This document shows, in pieces, positions 9,496 through 19,304 of a stretch of DNA of 64,000 nucleotides (positions within the stretch are counted from its first letter, which is position 1; each line of letters begins with the position of its first letter). The notes under the pieces are model-generated. The model was not told the DNA's origin, did no database searches, and saw nothing but the letters and a program-made list of their open reading frames with translations. The position numbers and the translations under genes are program-made. Source of the stretch: a virus (Duplodnaviria > Heunggongvirae > Uroviricota > Caudoviricetes); IMG/VR virus record IMGVR_UViG_3300028454_001165, positions 1 through 64,000 of that record, one strand, 5' to 3'.

Positions 9496-10134
9496 ATGAA
9501 GAATGTGCTGATCTTTCTGAGCGGAGCCGTATTCGGTGTGATCGGCTCTATGCTATATGTAAAGAAGTATCTCATCCCCGCGTTAAGGGAGGATCTTGAA
9601 CAGGAAGCAGAAGAGAAAGCTCAAGCGGGGCCAGGGGTATGCTACATTCCCGAAACCGAAGACGAGCCGGAGAAGGAGGAGACCTATCCGGGGGATCCTG
9701 TCGTGACGGAGAAGAAAAATCCGAGCACCAGAGTTGCTGCCGTAAACGTGGACTATTCCAAATATTCCAGAGAAACGGAAGAGATTTCTTCTGTCCCGGC
9801 TGCGGAACCTGAGACAACAGTTACTGAAAACACGGAGCCGTATCTGATCGATGCGGGGAGTTTCGACGAGTACTCCAATTACCGTGCACACAACTTTACG
9901 ATGTACGCAGACGGAATCATCATTGACGATGAGACCGAAGAGATTCTCGACGCCGATCCGGAACTGGTTTTCGGTAAGACGGCATTGGAAGAGCTGAAGA
10001 CTTCTGCGGACAGAGTGGTTTATATTCGCGATGATTCGAAAAAACAGGATTATTCGCTTGAGCGCTCGGATTATCCGTTTAACGGGCCCGCGGAGCCCTA
10101 TCGCAGCGCAGACCCTGACGACTGGAGGGATTGA
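9496..10134 (+). CDS. hypothetical membrane-anchored acidic protein (212 aa)
   Basis: ATG 9496 with AGGAAGGTG upstream. N-terminal TM helix, then Glu/Asp/Thr-rich region. Confidence 0.5.
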   Translation: MKNVLIFLSGAVFGVIGSMLYVKKYLIPALREDLEQEAEEKAQAGPGVCYIPETEDEPEKEETYPGDPVVTEKKNPSTRVAAVNVDYSKYSRETEEISSVPAAEPETTVTENTEPYLIDAGSFDEYSNYRAHNFTMYADGIIIDDETEEILDADPELVFGKTALEELKTSADRVVYIRDDSKKQDYSLERSDYPFNGPAEPYRSADPDDWRD

Positions 10135-10137
10135 CCG

Positions 10138-10677
10138 ATGGCGGATGAACTGAAAGCACGATATATCGACTGGATTTACGGCAAGGTTGTCGGGCACGGC
10201 TACTCCTACCGGAAGCTGCTGGAACGACTTCATGAGATCCCGTTCATTTATATTCTTCCGATGGACGAGAATCGCATGGAGGACGGACTGAATCTGCGGT
10301 ATCGGTTTGGGTTAGAATCGGGCATTCCGCAGATTCAGATCGCCAATGAGCTGGATATTTCGGAATGCTCCGTGCTCGAAATGATGGCCGCTCTTGCAAT
10401 CCGATGCGAGGAGAGTATCATGAACGACCCTGACGCAGGTGACAGAACCTCCCGCTGGTTTATGGAGATGCTGTCGAATCTCGGTCTTGCCGGGATGGAC
10501 GACCGGCGGTACAGTCAGTCTTATGTGGACGGACACATTGATATTTTCCTCCATCGGAAATACGAGCCGGATGGACGCGGAGGTCTGTTCCATTTAGAAC
10601 ATTGCACGGACGACCTGAGAAACGTGCAGATCTGGTATCAGATGAACTGGTATCTGAATGAAATCAACGAATATTGA
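10138..10677 (+). CDS. hypothetical protein (179 aa)
   Basis: RBS GGAGGGA. No recognisable domain. Confidence 0.5.
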   Translation: MADELKARYIDWIYGKVVGHGYSYRKLLERLHEIPFIYILPMDENRMEDGLNLRYRFGLESGIPQIQIANELDISECSVLEMMAALAIRCEESIMNDPDAGDRTSRWFMEMLSNLGLAGMDDRRYSQSYVDGHIDIFLHRKYEPDGRGGLFHLEHCTDDLRNVQIWYQMNWYLNEINEY

Positions 10678-10691
10678 AAGGAGAAGCGAGA

Positions 10692-11012
10692 ATGAGTGAT
10701 GAAAAAATCGTCAAAGTGCTTGTGCGCATGGACGGAATTCCGATGGCTGCTCGACAGGACAATCGTGATATTCTGAAAATCATCCGGAAGCAGAAAAAGC
10801 AAATCAGAGGGCTGAAAGGCTTTGTCTTCGCACTGATCGTCGGAGGAGCGGTCCTTGCTGCCGAACTTGCAGAAAGAAAACGGAGCGAAAATTACCTGCA
10901 AAGCAAGATCGACAGTCTGAACGAAAAGGTGGACGATCTTCAGAACCGTATGCCGGAGAGCAACGTGGATACCCACGACGAAGCAAACATCGGAGGAGTC
11001 AGTGATGCGTAA
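10692..11012 (+). CDS. hypothetical protein with central TM helix and coiled coil (106 aa)
   Basis: GAAAGGAGAAG RBS. Stop overlaps the start of the replication gene (TAATGG). Confidence 0.5.
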   Translation: MSDEKIVKVLVRMDGIPMAARQDNRDILKIIRKQKKQIRGLKGFVFALIVGGAVLAAELAERKRSENYLQSKIDSLNEKVDDLQNRMPESNVDTHDEANIGGVSDA

Positions 11013-14000
11013 TGGCAGACTTCTTCAAAGTATTCACACGGTCGCCGAAGCGAGGACATGTTGAAATCTACCCGGAGTTTATTATCCGCAGCCCAAGCCA
11101 GGATCTGATGATCAAAGGCGGAGACTTCTATGCGGTCTGGGTCGAAGAACGCGGGCTTTGGTCCACAAGCGAACAGGATCTGATCAATCTTGTAGATCGG
11201 GAGCTTTATCAATATGCGGAAGAGTACGAGAAAAACTCGCCAGATGACATCGTGCATGTTCTGTGCATGAAGTATTCCTCCACCGGAACTACGGATCGAT
11301 GGCATAAGTATTGCCAGAAGCAGATGCGGGACTCCTATCATCCGCTTGACGAAAAGCTGGTCTTTTCCAATACGGAGGTCTCCAAGAGCGATTATGCTTC
11401 AAAGAGACTTCCGTATCCGCTGGAAGCCGGAGAGTGTCCTTCTTGGGATCAGTTCATGTCCGTTTTATATTCTCCCGAGGAGAGGCACAAAATCGAATGG
11501 GCGATCGGAGCCGTCGTGTCAGGCGATTCAAAGGACATTCAGAAGTTTATGGTGTTCTACGGTGATCCGGGGACCGGGAAATCTACCGTGTTAGACATCA
11601 TCATGCTTCTGTTTGCCGGGCACTACTGCACGTTCGACGCGAAGGCCCTCGGCAATCCGAACAGCACGTTTGCGCTCGAACCGTTCAAAGCCAATCCGCT
11701 TGTGGCGATCCAGCAGGACGGAGATCTCAGCCACATCGAGGATAATACCCGGCTGAACTCCATCGCCTCACACGATGAGATGACGGTGAACGAGAAGCAC
11801 AAGTCTTTATATTCCAACCGGTTCAACTGCTTCATGTTCATGGGCACGAACAAGCCCGTAAAGATCACGGACGCAAAATCCGGTATAATCCGGCGTCTGA
11901 TCGACGTATCGCCGACAGGAAACAAACTGCCGAGACGGGAATACGACAAACTCCGTTCTCAGGTCAAGTTTGAACTCGGAGCGATCGCAAAGCGGTGTCT
12001 GGACATCTATCTCGACGATCCGCATTTTTATGACAATTACATCCCGCTCAAGATGATGGGAGCCTCCAATGACTTCTACAATTATGTTTTGGATTCCTAT
12101 TCGGTATTCGAGCGGGAAGACGGGGTTTCGCAGAAAGCGGCGTGGGAGATGTACCGGACATACTGCGAAGAGGCGCGGGTTCCGTATCCGCTGTCGCTTC
12201 GGGTCTTCAAAGAAGAGCTGAAAAGCTACTTCAAGGAGTTCAAGGAGCGGATCAGCACGGAAGACGGCGGCCGCGTCCGAAACTGGTACGGCGGTTTTCG
12301 AAAAGAGAAATTTGTTCGGGAGGACTTTTCCGAAAAATCTCATGAGAAGACGGATCCTTCCTGCTGGTTCGTTCCGGCTCCGCGAACATCGCTCTTTGAT
12401 ATTTTGGGCGCGGACTATCCTGCCCAATACGCCAGCGAGGAAGGGATACCCAGACGGCGCTGGGTCAATGTTACGACAAAACTGAAAGATCTGGACACAT
12501 CACAGCTTCACTACGTCAAGGTTCCGATCAACCACATTGTGATCGATTTCGATATTCCGGATGAGCACGGCAGCAAAAGCCTCGAAAAGAATCTGGAAGC
12601 GGTATCGCGGTGGCCTCCTACCTACGGAGAGCTGTCGAAAAGCGGGCAGGGCATTCATCTTCATTATATTTATAAGGGAGATCCGAAACAGCTCAGCCAC
12701 GTTTACGACGACCGGATCGAGATCAAGGTGTTTGACGGAAATATGACGCTGAGACGGAAGCTTACGAAGTGCAACGATCTTCAGATAGCAGAGATCAGCT
12801 CAGGTTTACCGCTGAAAGGAGAAGACAAAATGGTAAACACCGAGACTGTGAAGAACGAGAAGGCGATCCGAACTCTGATCAAGAGGAATCTATGCAAGGA
12901 GTATCATCCCGGAACGAAGCCGAGCGTGGATTTCATCAAGAAGATTCTGGACGACGCCTATTCCAGCGGCGTGCGCTATGACGTGAGCGACATGTTCAAT
13001 CCCGTGCTGGCCTTTGCCACGAACAGCACGCATCACGCCGAATACTGCACGAAGCTGGTTTCCGAGATGCACTTCCGCTCTGAGGAGGAACCGACGCCGG
13101 GATTCCTCGAAAAAGTCGAAAATATGGGCAAAAATGATATTTTGATATTTTTCGACGTGGAGGTTTTCAAGAATCTTTTCGTGATCTGTTGGAAAGCTGC
13201 CGGGGCGGATCAACCGATCATGAAGATGATCAATCCGACGCCGAAGGAAGTGGAGGCTCTGACAAGGTGGAAGCTGATCGGATTCAACTGCCGTCAGTAC
13301 GACAACCATATTCTCTATGCGAGAATCATGGGGTACACGAACGAGCAGCTCTACAATCTGTCACAGTCCATTATCGGCTCGGAGAAAGGAAATCGGAACC
13401 GGGGCATGTTCGGCAACGCCTACAACTTATCCTATACGGATATTCTGGACTTCTCGTCTGAGAAAAAATCCCTGAAGAAATTTGAGATCGATCTCGGGAT
13501 TCACCATCAGGAGCTCGGTTTCGAATGGGATCAGCCTGTTTCGGAGGAGTTGTGGGAAAAGGTCGCCGAGTATTGCGCGAACGACGTGATCGCAACGGAA
13601 GCGGTCTGGAACGCACGGCAGGCGGATTTTATGGCGCGGCAGATTCAGGTGGAGCTTGTCAAGGCTTTGCACGGGATTACGGGCGTTTCGGTCAATGACA
13701 CGACAAACTCCCTGTCGGAGAAGATCATATTCGGCACGGAGAAAAATCCTCAGCGGCAGTTCAATTACCGCGATCTCTCAAAACCGGTTCCATGGACGGA
13801 ATATACGGAATACCGGAAGCGATTCGGAGACAGGTATACGTTCCATGTCTTCGACGACCACGGCCTTCCGACGTATGAAATCTACACCGGCGAGGGATGC
13901 GTCGTCCTGCCTGACGGATATTCCATTCTCCCATTCTTTCCCGGATATACGTTTGAGTTCGGTAAATCTGTGTATATGGGAGAGGAGATAGGAGAAGGAG

Positions 14001-15208
14001 GGCGTGTCTACGCGGAACCTGGCATTCATGAGAATGTCTGGGATGGGGACATCGCTTCCCAGCACCCGCACAGCGTGATCGCAGAATGCCTGTTCGGGCC
14101 GAAGTACACGGGAATCTTCGAGGAGATCGTGGAGGCGCGCGTCGCCATCAAGCACAAGGACTTTGAGAAAGCCGGGTCCATGCTGAACGGCGTGCTGAAG
14201 CCGTGGCTCACGGAAGAACATGCTGCCGGTCTTGCGCAGGCTCTGAAAATCGTCATCAATTCCATTTACGGGCTGACCTCAGCGGGATTTACAAACCGCT
14301 TCCGGGATGAGCGCAACGTAGATAACATTGTGGCGAAACGCGGAGCTCTGTTTATGACGCTGCTCAAATCCGAAGTGCAGAAGCGCGGATTCACGGTAGC
14401 GCACATCAAGACGGATTCCATCAAGATCGAGAACGCGACGGAGGAGATCCGCAACTTTGTTGTGAAATTCGGACGCGAATACGGATACGATTTCGAAACG
14501 GAGGCAGAATTCGATAAGTTCTGTCTTGTGAACGACGCCGTATACGTGGCGCGGTACAAGGAAGCCCTGAAAGACAAAAAGACCGGAAATGATATTTGGT
14601 GGACGGCCACCGGGACGCAGTTTCAGGTGCCCTATGTCTTCAAAACTTTGTTCTCCGGGGAAGAGCCGGTCTTTGAGGACTTCTGCGAAACAAAATCCGT
14701 TGCGAAGGGGGCAATCGTCATCGATATGAATGAGACCCTTCCGCAGCTCAGCGCGGCAGAGGAAAAGGAACTGATCGAGCTGCAAAAAGCGTACTCCGTA
14801 TCCGATCCTCCGCTTGAAACGGACATGGCTAAGCTCGTAAAGAAATTCAAACTATCCCCGGAAGAGATCGCATCGCGCTATGAAGACCTGAAAAAGCGGG
14901 AGGCAGAAGCGCACAATTATATTTTCGTCGGCAGGGTCGGACAGTTTTGTCCTATTGTGTCCGGCGGAGGAGGCGGGGTACTCTATCGGAATGCGGACGG
15001 CAAGTATTATGCTGTCAGCGGGACGAAAGGCTACCGCTGGCTGGAATCGGAGATGGTAAAGACTCTGGACAAAGCAGATCTCATTGACCGGAGCTTTTAT
15101 GATGCTCTTGCGAAAGATGCTATTCATACCATCAACGAAATCGGTCAAAAATGCGGCTGGGGCGGTTACAGGAAGCTTGTCGGGCATAATGCGGATGATG
15201 CTGACTAG
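11012..15208 (+). CDS. tripartite replication protein: SF3 (D5/P4-like) helicase + AEP primase + family-B DNA polymerase with 3'-5' exonuclease
   Basis: SF3 helicase Walker A FYGDPGTGKST and motif C NCFMFMGTNKP. AEP primase hhhDhD (IVIDFDIPDE) and sGxGxHhhY (SGQGIHLHYIY). DEDDy exonuclease motifs (ILIFFDVEVF; YCANDVIA). Family-B polymerase motif A (DGDIASQHPHS), motif B (KIVINSIYGLT) and motif C (HIKTDSIKIE). Confidence 0.85.
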   Translation: MADFFKVFTRSPKRGHVEIYPEFIIRSPSQDLMIKGGDFYAVWVEERGLWSTSEQDLINLVDRELYQYAEEYEKNSPDDIVHVLCMKYSSTGTTDRWHKYCQKQMRDSYHPLDEKLVFSNTEVSKSDYASKRLPYPLEAGECPSWDQFMSVLYSPEERHKIEWAIGAVVSGDSKDIQKFMVFYGDPGTGKSTVLDIIMLLFAGHYCTFDAKALGNPNSTFALEPFKANPLVAIQQDGDLSHIEDNTRLNSIASHDEMTVNEKHKSLYSNRFNCFMFMGTNKPVKITDAKSGIIRRLIDVSPTGNKLPRREYDKLRSQVKFELGAIAKRCLDIYLDDPHFYDNYIPLKMMGASNDFYNYVLDSYSVFEREDGVSQKAAWEMYRTYCEEARVPYPLSLRVFKEELKSYFKEFKERISTEDGGRVRNWYGGFRKEKFVREDFSEKSHEKTDPSCWFVPAPRTSLFDILGADYPAQYASEEGIPRRRWVNVTTKLKDLDTSQLHYVKVPINHIVIDFDIPDEHGSKSLEKNLEAVSRWPPTYGELSKSGQGIHLHYIYKGDPKQLSHVYDDRIEIKVFDGNMTLRRKLTKCNDLQIAEISSGLPLKGEDKMVNTETVKNEKAIRTLIKRNLCKEYHPGTKPSVDFIKKILDDAYSSGVRYDVSDMFNPVLAFATNSTHHAEYCTKLVSEMHFRSEEEPTPGFLEKVENMGKNDILIFFDVEVFKNLFVICWKAAGADQPIMKMINPTPKEVEALTRWKLIGFNCRQYDNHILYARIMGYTNEQLYNLSQSIIGSEKGNRNRGMFGNAYNLSYTDILDFSSEKKSLKKFEIDLGIHHQELGFEWDQPVSEELWEKVAEYCANDVIATEAVWNARQADFMARQIQVELVKALHGITGVSVNDTTNSLSEKIIFGTEKNPQRQFNYRDLSKPVPWTEYTEYRKRFGDRYTFHVFDDHGLPTYEIYTGEGCVVLPDGYSILPFFPGYTFEFGKSVYMGEEIGEGGRVYAEPGIHENVWDGDIASQHPHSVIAECLFGPKYTGIFEEIVEARVAIKHKDFEKAGSMLNGVLKPWLTEEHAAGLAQALKIVINSIYGLTSAGFTNRFRDERNVDNIVAKRGALFMTLLKSEVQKRGFTVAHIKTDSIKIENATEEIRNFVVKFGREYGYDFETEAEFDKFCLVNDAVYVARYKEALKDKKTGNDIWWTATGTQFQVPYVFKTLFSGEEPVFEDFCETKSVAKGAIVIDMNETLPQLSAAEEKELIELQKAYSVSDPPLETDMAKLVKKFKLSPEEIASRYEDLKKREAEAHNYIFVGRVGQFCPIVSGGGGGVLYRNADGKYYAVSGTKGYRWLESEMVKTLDKADLIDRSFYDALAKDAIHTINEIGQKCGWGGYRKLVGHNADDAD

Positions 15209-15228
15209 CCGCCGGAAACGCCGAAATA

Positions 15229-15244
15229 TTGATATTTTTATCAA
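15229..15244 (+). promoter_or_regulatory. first TTGATATTT junction motif, here a perfect palindrome TTGATAttttTATCAA
   Basis: Lies 20 nt after the polymerase stop codon. Inverted repeat TTGATA/TATCAA. Confidence 0.4.
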
Positions 15245-15280
15245 AATTCTACATTCATAACAAAAAAGGAGTTATTCATC

Positions 15281-15808
15281 ATGAATGAAGTCAAGTACAC
15301 CATCCTCGGCGACAACAAGCTGAAAATCGAGAATCTTTCCAATCGTAACATTATCTACCGGAACTTCTCCGGTCGGACGAGCCAGTACAACAAAAACGGC
15401 GATCTGAAATTCACCATCGTGATCGGAGATCAGGACGCCGCGCAGATGCTTTCTTCCTATGGGTGGAACGTAAAGGTGAAGCCTCCGAGAAACGAAGGCG
15501 AGGAACCCTTCTGCACGCTGGATGTGAAGATCCGTCTGGATCTCGACTGGGCGAGACCGAAGATCAAGCAGTTCACCCGCGGCGGTTCCGTCTGGATCGA
15601 CGCGAGCAACATCAAGAATTTCGACGACGCAGAGTTCGAGACGGTCGATCTGGTTTTGAGACAGTACGCATGGTCGAACGGACGCGGCGAATCCGGTATT
15701 TCTGCGCAGCTTTCCGAGATGTACGCACGGATCGCGGAAGGCGTTCTCGAAGCCAAGTGGGCGGAAGAGGAAGGCCCCGGAGAGGATGCGCTTCCGTGGG
15801 AGAACTGA
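15281..15808 (+). CDS. hypothetical protein (175 aa)
   Basis: RBS AAAAGGAG. No recognisable domain. Confidence 0.55.
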   Translation: MNEVKYTILGDNKLKIENLSNRNIIYRNFSGRTSQYNKNGDLKFTIVIGDQDAAQMLSSYGWNVKVKPPRNEGEEPFCTLDVKIRLDLDWARPKIKQFTRGGSVWIDASNIKNFDDAEFETVDLVLRQYAWSNGRGESGISAQLSEMYARIAEGVLEAKWAEEEGPGEDALPWEN

Positions 15809-15813
15809 TTTGA

Positions 15814-15847
15814 CGCGCGGATTACTTGTAATATAATGGAGTAATCC
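15814..15847 (+). promoter_or_regulatory. CGCG-N16-TAATGG motif embedded in a 7-bp inverted repeat (GGATTAC...GTAATCC)
   Basis: cgcg cggattacttgtaata TAATGGagtaatcc. Possible operator around the -10-like element. Heads a 390-nt leader before the 16205 gene. Confidence 0.4.
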
Positions 15848-16204
15848 ACATTTATATTTTTGAGAGGTGCTTACGGATAAAAAGCGAATACGCTTGACGG
15901 GCTTTACCCTCGGATCAACAAGGACAAGAATATCGTGTACCTGCCAAATGGAATTTGGGCGGACTGGAGTCGATACGAAAAATGTCGAAGATGCGATCGA
16001 CTATTTCAATGACACCAAGTACGTTGAAAATCTTGGGATCGGCATCGGCATGATTTTAGGATCTGTATTGAGGGACTGCTCTCATCGTTCACAGATTCAA
16101 GAAGCACGGCAAGGAAAAGCATGAGGAATCCAAAGAGAGCGGGGAGGCGGCTGAATAAGCCCCTCTTCCTCTTTTTGGTATTGATTTTGAAAAGGAGAAA
16201 AGTT

Positions 16205-18280
16205 ATGGCATTTCACGATTTCAACAATAGATTAATTGAGAATTTCAAAAAGCGCATCGCTGAGAAAGAACTGTTCGAGGTTGATGCAGATAGGGATAGT
16301 TTGTGGTATTTATACATAAAAAGCTTTCCTGCTGCTGCAAATCCGATCTACCGTGTACGGACAAAGCATGACTGTGCCTGCTGCAGGCAGTTCATTCGGG
16401 AGGCCGGTCGAATCGTTTGGATTGATGATGACTTGATCATTCACAGTATTTTTGAGTTTGATGCACATGACGCGGATTATCAGATCGTTATTGATACACT
16501 GAATAACTATGTGTTGGGCCGCAACATCATAGGCAAATACCTGTATGAGAGAAAGAGGATCGGCACACCCGTATCCAGAGAATGCCTCGATGACGGAACA
16601 ATAATATCCTATGAACACTTTTCGATAGATCTGCCTGATTCGGCCGTATTCTGCAATACATCCAGTACAACTATTGACACAGAAAGAGGACGCTTTAGAG
16701 ATCGTAGAAATGTATTTAAGCGATCTCTTGATGAGATCTCAGTTGATGCGCTCAATACTGTTTTGGAACTGATTCAAACAAATGCTCTGTATAAGGGTGG
16801 AGAATGGGGGAAGCTTATCAAACAATTCCTTTACTATAAGAATCAGTACGATACATTGGGATATGATCGAAGCAAGCAAGAAGCTTACTGCTGGGCATAC
16901 GCATCAAAAGTAGGAGATGTACTCGGAAAAATCAGAAATCATAGTATTGGAAAGCTTCTCGTTGATATTTCAGAAGGAGTCGAACTGGATGAGGCAGTTA
17001 GAAGATACGAAGTTGTCGTAGCTCCAATGAACTATAAACGTCCGAAAGCCATTTATACCAAGCGAATGCTGGAAGAAGCGCAGAAAACCGTTACGGAACT
17101 CGGTTATATGGAGTCTCTTCCGAGACGCTTTGCTACATTAGATGACATTACAGTCAATGATATTCTGTTTTTCAATAAGGATACGGCAAGAAGGATTTCC
17201 GGCAATGTGTTCGATGAAATGAAAACGGAAATAGCAACCGATCCTAAGAGATTTAGTCGAATACAAGAAGTCACCATGAATCAGTTCATTCATGACATCT
17301 TACCTGATGCGAAAGAAGTTTATGCTCTTGCAGAAAACCGTTTGGCTCCGAATATGGTATCGCTGATCGCACCTGTTAACAAGGAGTCAAAAAGCATGTT
17401 CAAGTGGGGGAATGGTTTTTCGTGGGCTTATTCTGGAAACATCACAGACAGCAACATTCGCGAAAACGTAAAACTGGCCGGGGGAAAAGTTGAAGGCGCT
17501 CTTCGATTCAGCATCCAGTGGAATGATATTCATTCTGACTATAACGATCTGGATGCCCATTGTGAAATTGCGTTCTCTGATCGAGGCTATGGTCATATCT
17601 ATTATCGCTCAAAGGTTGACCGCATCACCGGTGGAAGTCTTGACGTTGACATTATTAACCCCATACCCGGAAAACCTGCCGTTGAGAACATCATCTTTCC
17701 AAGCAAAGAGATTCTTGAAAACCGAGTGAAAGAAATGATACTGTATGTTTACTGCTTTACCTATCGTGGCGGAGAGAACGGGTTCAGAGCTGAAATTGAG
17801 TATGATGGACAAATTCACAACTATGATTTCAGAAAACCGCTTCATCAAGGCGAACATATTCCTGTGGCAAGACTTAAGTATAAGACTAATGGGGATTTTG
17901 CCTTTGAGGAGTTTCTGCCTTCAAGCACGATAAATCAGGAGATCTGGGGGATTAAAGCCCAGACATTTGTACCTGTTACGGTCATTATGACATCTCCAAA
18001 CTGGTGGAACGGAGAAGAAGGCATCGGTCATAAGCATTGGTTTTTCATGCTGAAAGATTGCGTAAATCCAGAAAAACCAAATGGCTTTTACAATGAGTTT
18101 CTGAAGCAGGAGCTTGTAGAACACAAAAGGGTATTTGAAGCGTTAGGTGCCAAGATGGCCATTCAAGACGTAAACGATCAATTGTCAGGCTTTGGGTTCA
18201 GCGACACGAAACGTAACAACGTTATTGTGAAAGTCAGAAGTATCAACAACACCGAAAGAGTCTACAAAATTAAATTCTAA
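16205..18280 (+). CDS. large hypothetical protein (691 aa) in a low-GC island
   Basis: AAAAGGAGAAAAG RBS. Roughly 42% GC against 55-62% in the flanks. No recognisable catalytic motif. Beta-rich C-terminal half. Confidence 0.65.
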   Translation: MAFHDFNNRLIENFKKRIAEKELFEVDADRDSLWYLYIKSFPAAANPIYRVRTKHDCACCRQFIREAGRIVWIDDDLIIHSIFEFDAHDADYQIVIDTLNNYVLGRNIIGKYLYERKRIGTPVSRECLDDGTIISYEHFSIDLPDSAVFCNTSSTTIDTERGRFRDRRNVFKRSLDEISVDALNTVLELIQTNALYKGGEWGKLIKQFLYYKNQYDTLGYDRSKQEAYCWAYASKVGDVLGKIRNHSIGKLLVDISEGVELDEAVRRYEVVVAPMNYKRPKAIYTKRMLEEAQKTVTELGYMESLPRRFATLDDITVNDILFFNKDTARRISGNVFDEMKTEIATDPKRFSRIQEVTMNQFIHDILPDAKEVYALAENRLAPNMVSLIAPVNKESKSMFKWGNGFSWAYSGNITDSNIRENVKLAGGKVEGALRFSIQWNDIHSDYNDLDAHCEIAFSDRGYGHIYYRSKVDRITGGSLDVDIINPIPGKPAVENIIFPSKEILENRVKEMILYVYCFTYRGGENGFRAEIEYDGQIHNYDFRKPLHQGEHIPVARLKYKTNGDFAFEEFLPSSTINQEIWGIKAQTFVPVTVIMTSPNWWNGEEGIGHKHWFFMLKDCVNPEKPNGFYNEFLKQELVEHKRVFEALGAKMAIQDVNDQLSGFGFSDTKRNNVIVKVRSINNTERVYKIKF

Positions 18281-18293
18281 AAGGAGATAAAAA

Positions 18294-18668
18294 ATGAGCA
18301 ATTTGTTTGAAATCGCTACACGAAAGAAATATCGGTACCCATATAAAGGCAGTATTAGTACCGAGGATCTATGGGATCTGGAAATCGATCAGCTGAATAT
18401 TGTCTATATGGCACTAAACAAGACAGCGGAAACACAGGAAGAGAAAAGTCTTCTTAGCACGCCTACTGTTGATGAAAATCTCCAGAACAAGATTGATATT
18501 GTAAAATATATCTTCTCTGTAAAACAGGGCGAGATAATTGCTCAGAAAGAAGCTACAGAAAAGAAGAGAAAGGAGCAACTCATTCTGTCTCTCATCGAAG
18601 CCAAGCAGAACGAAAAACTGCGTAATATGTCCGAAGAAGAGCTTCGTACAATGTTGGACAATCTTTGA
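18294..18668 (+). CDS. hypothetical protein (124 aa), low-GC island
   Basis: AAAAGGAGATAAAAA RBS. Lys/Glu-rich C-terminus. Confidence 0.55.
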   Translation: MSNLFEIATRKKYRYPYKGSISTEDLWDLEIDQLNIVYMALNKTAETQEEKSLLSTPTVDENLQNKIDIVKYIFSVKQGEIIAQKEATEKKRKEQLILSLIEAKQNEKLRNMSEEELRTMLDNL

Positions 18669-18688
18669 GATAAAAGAATTATAATGTG

Positions 18689-18716
18689 GCGGAGAATAGT
18701 TATCACTGTTCTCCGC
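18689..18716 (+). terminator. perfect 8-bp hairpin terminator
   Basis: GCGGAGAA-tagttatcactg-TTCTCCGC followed by TTATTATAAT. Confidence 0.5.
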
Positions 18717-18747
18717 TTATTATAATGCGAGAATTGGAGTTGCATGG

Positions 18748-19173
18748 ATGAAAAACAAAGAGAAAGAGAAAAGCTATTCGGAAATAATCGCGCTGTACTG
18801 CAATCTTGTCTCGGAAGCACAGGCCCGGTATAGAACTGTCAAAGAAGATCTGGAGCGGCTTGAGATGCTGACGCAGGATTATCTGCACGCGCTTGAACTC
18901 GGGGAACTGAGCTATCATGAGCGGGCAAAGATCGCCACGCAGCTTGCAGAATGCCGGAAGGAAAGACGAATCGCCAAGGATCTGCTGGAAGTGCTGGAAC
19001 CGTTTATCCAGTTTGCAGACGAGAAAGAAAGCAAGGCGTATGTCAACAAGCTCCGGCAGGTACTCGGCTCGGTGCGGACTGCGGAGAAAAAGCACAGCAA
19101 TCGGATCTACGTTCCGAGAGTGCTGGCGGATGCGGAAGGACTGTACGGCGCGAAGGAAAAGGAGAAAAAGTGA
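18748..19173 (+). CDS. coiled-coil protein (141 aa)
   Basis: Heptad-rich Glu/Lys/Leu sequence. Immediately upstream of the micro-TM and SPFH genes. Confidence 0.5.
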   Translation: MKNKEKEKSYSEIIALYCNLVSEAQARYRTVKEDLERLEMLTQDYLHALELGELSYHERAKIATQLAECRKERRIAKDLLEVLEPFIQFADEKESKAYVNKLRQVLGSVRTAEKKHSNRIYVPRVLADAEGLYGAKEKEKK

Positions 19174-19174
19174 G

Positions 19175-19279
19175 ATGCCGATCAGAATGATCATCATCCT
19201 TGTTGTCGTGATCGTAATCTTGGCGATCAGCTTCAAGGATCCGATTTACGACTGGTACAAAAACAATTTCAAAAAGTAA
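19175..19279 (+). CDS. 34-aa single-pass membrane peptide
   Basis: AAGGAGAAAAAG RBS. Sequence MPIRMIIILVVVIVILAISFKDPIYDWYKNNFKK. Confidence 0.4.
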   Translation: MPIRMIIILVVVIVILAISFKDPIYDWYKNNFKK

Positions 19280-19304
19280 AAAAAAAAATAAAAGGAGAAA
19301 CACA

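Noticed and set aside
15867-16124. 85-aa + strand ORF in the long leader of the 16205 gene
   Set aside because: No RBS, no homology and odd composition. The region is better explained as a structured 5' leader.
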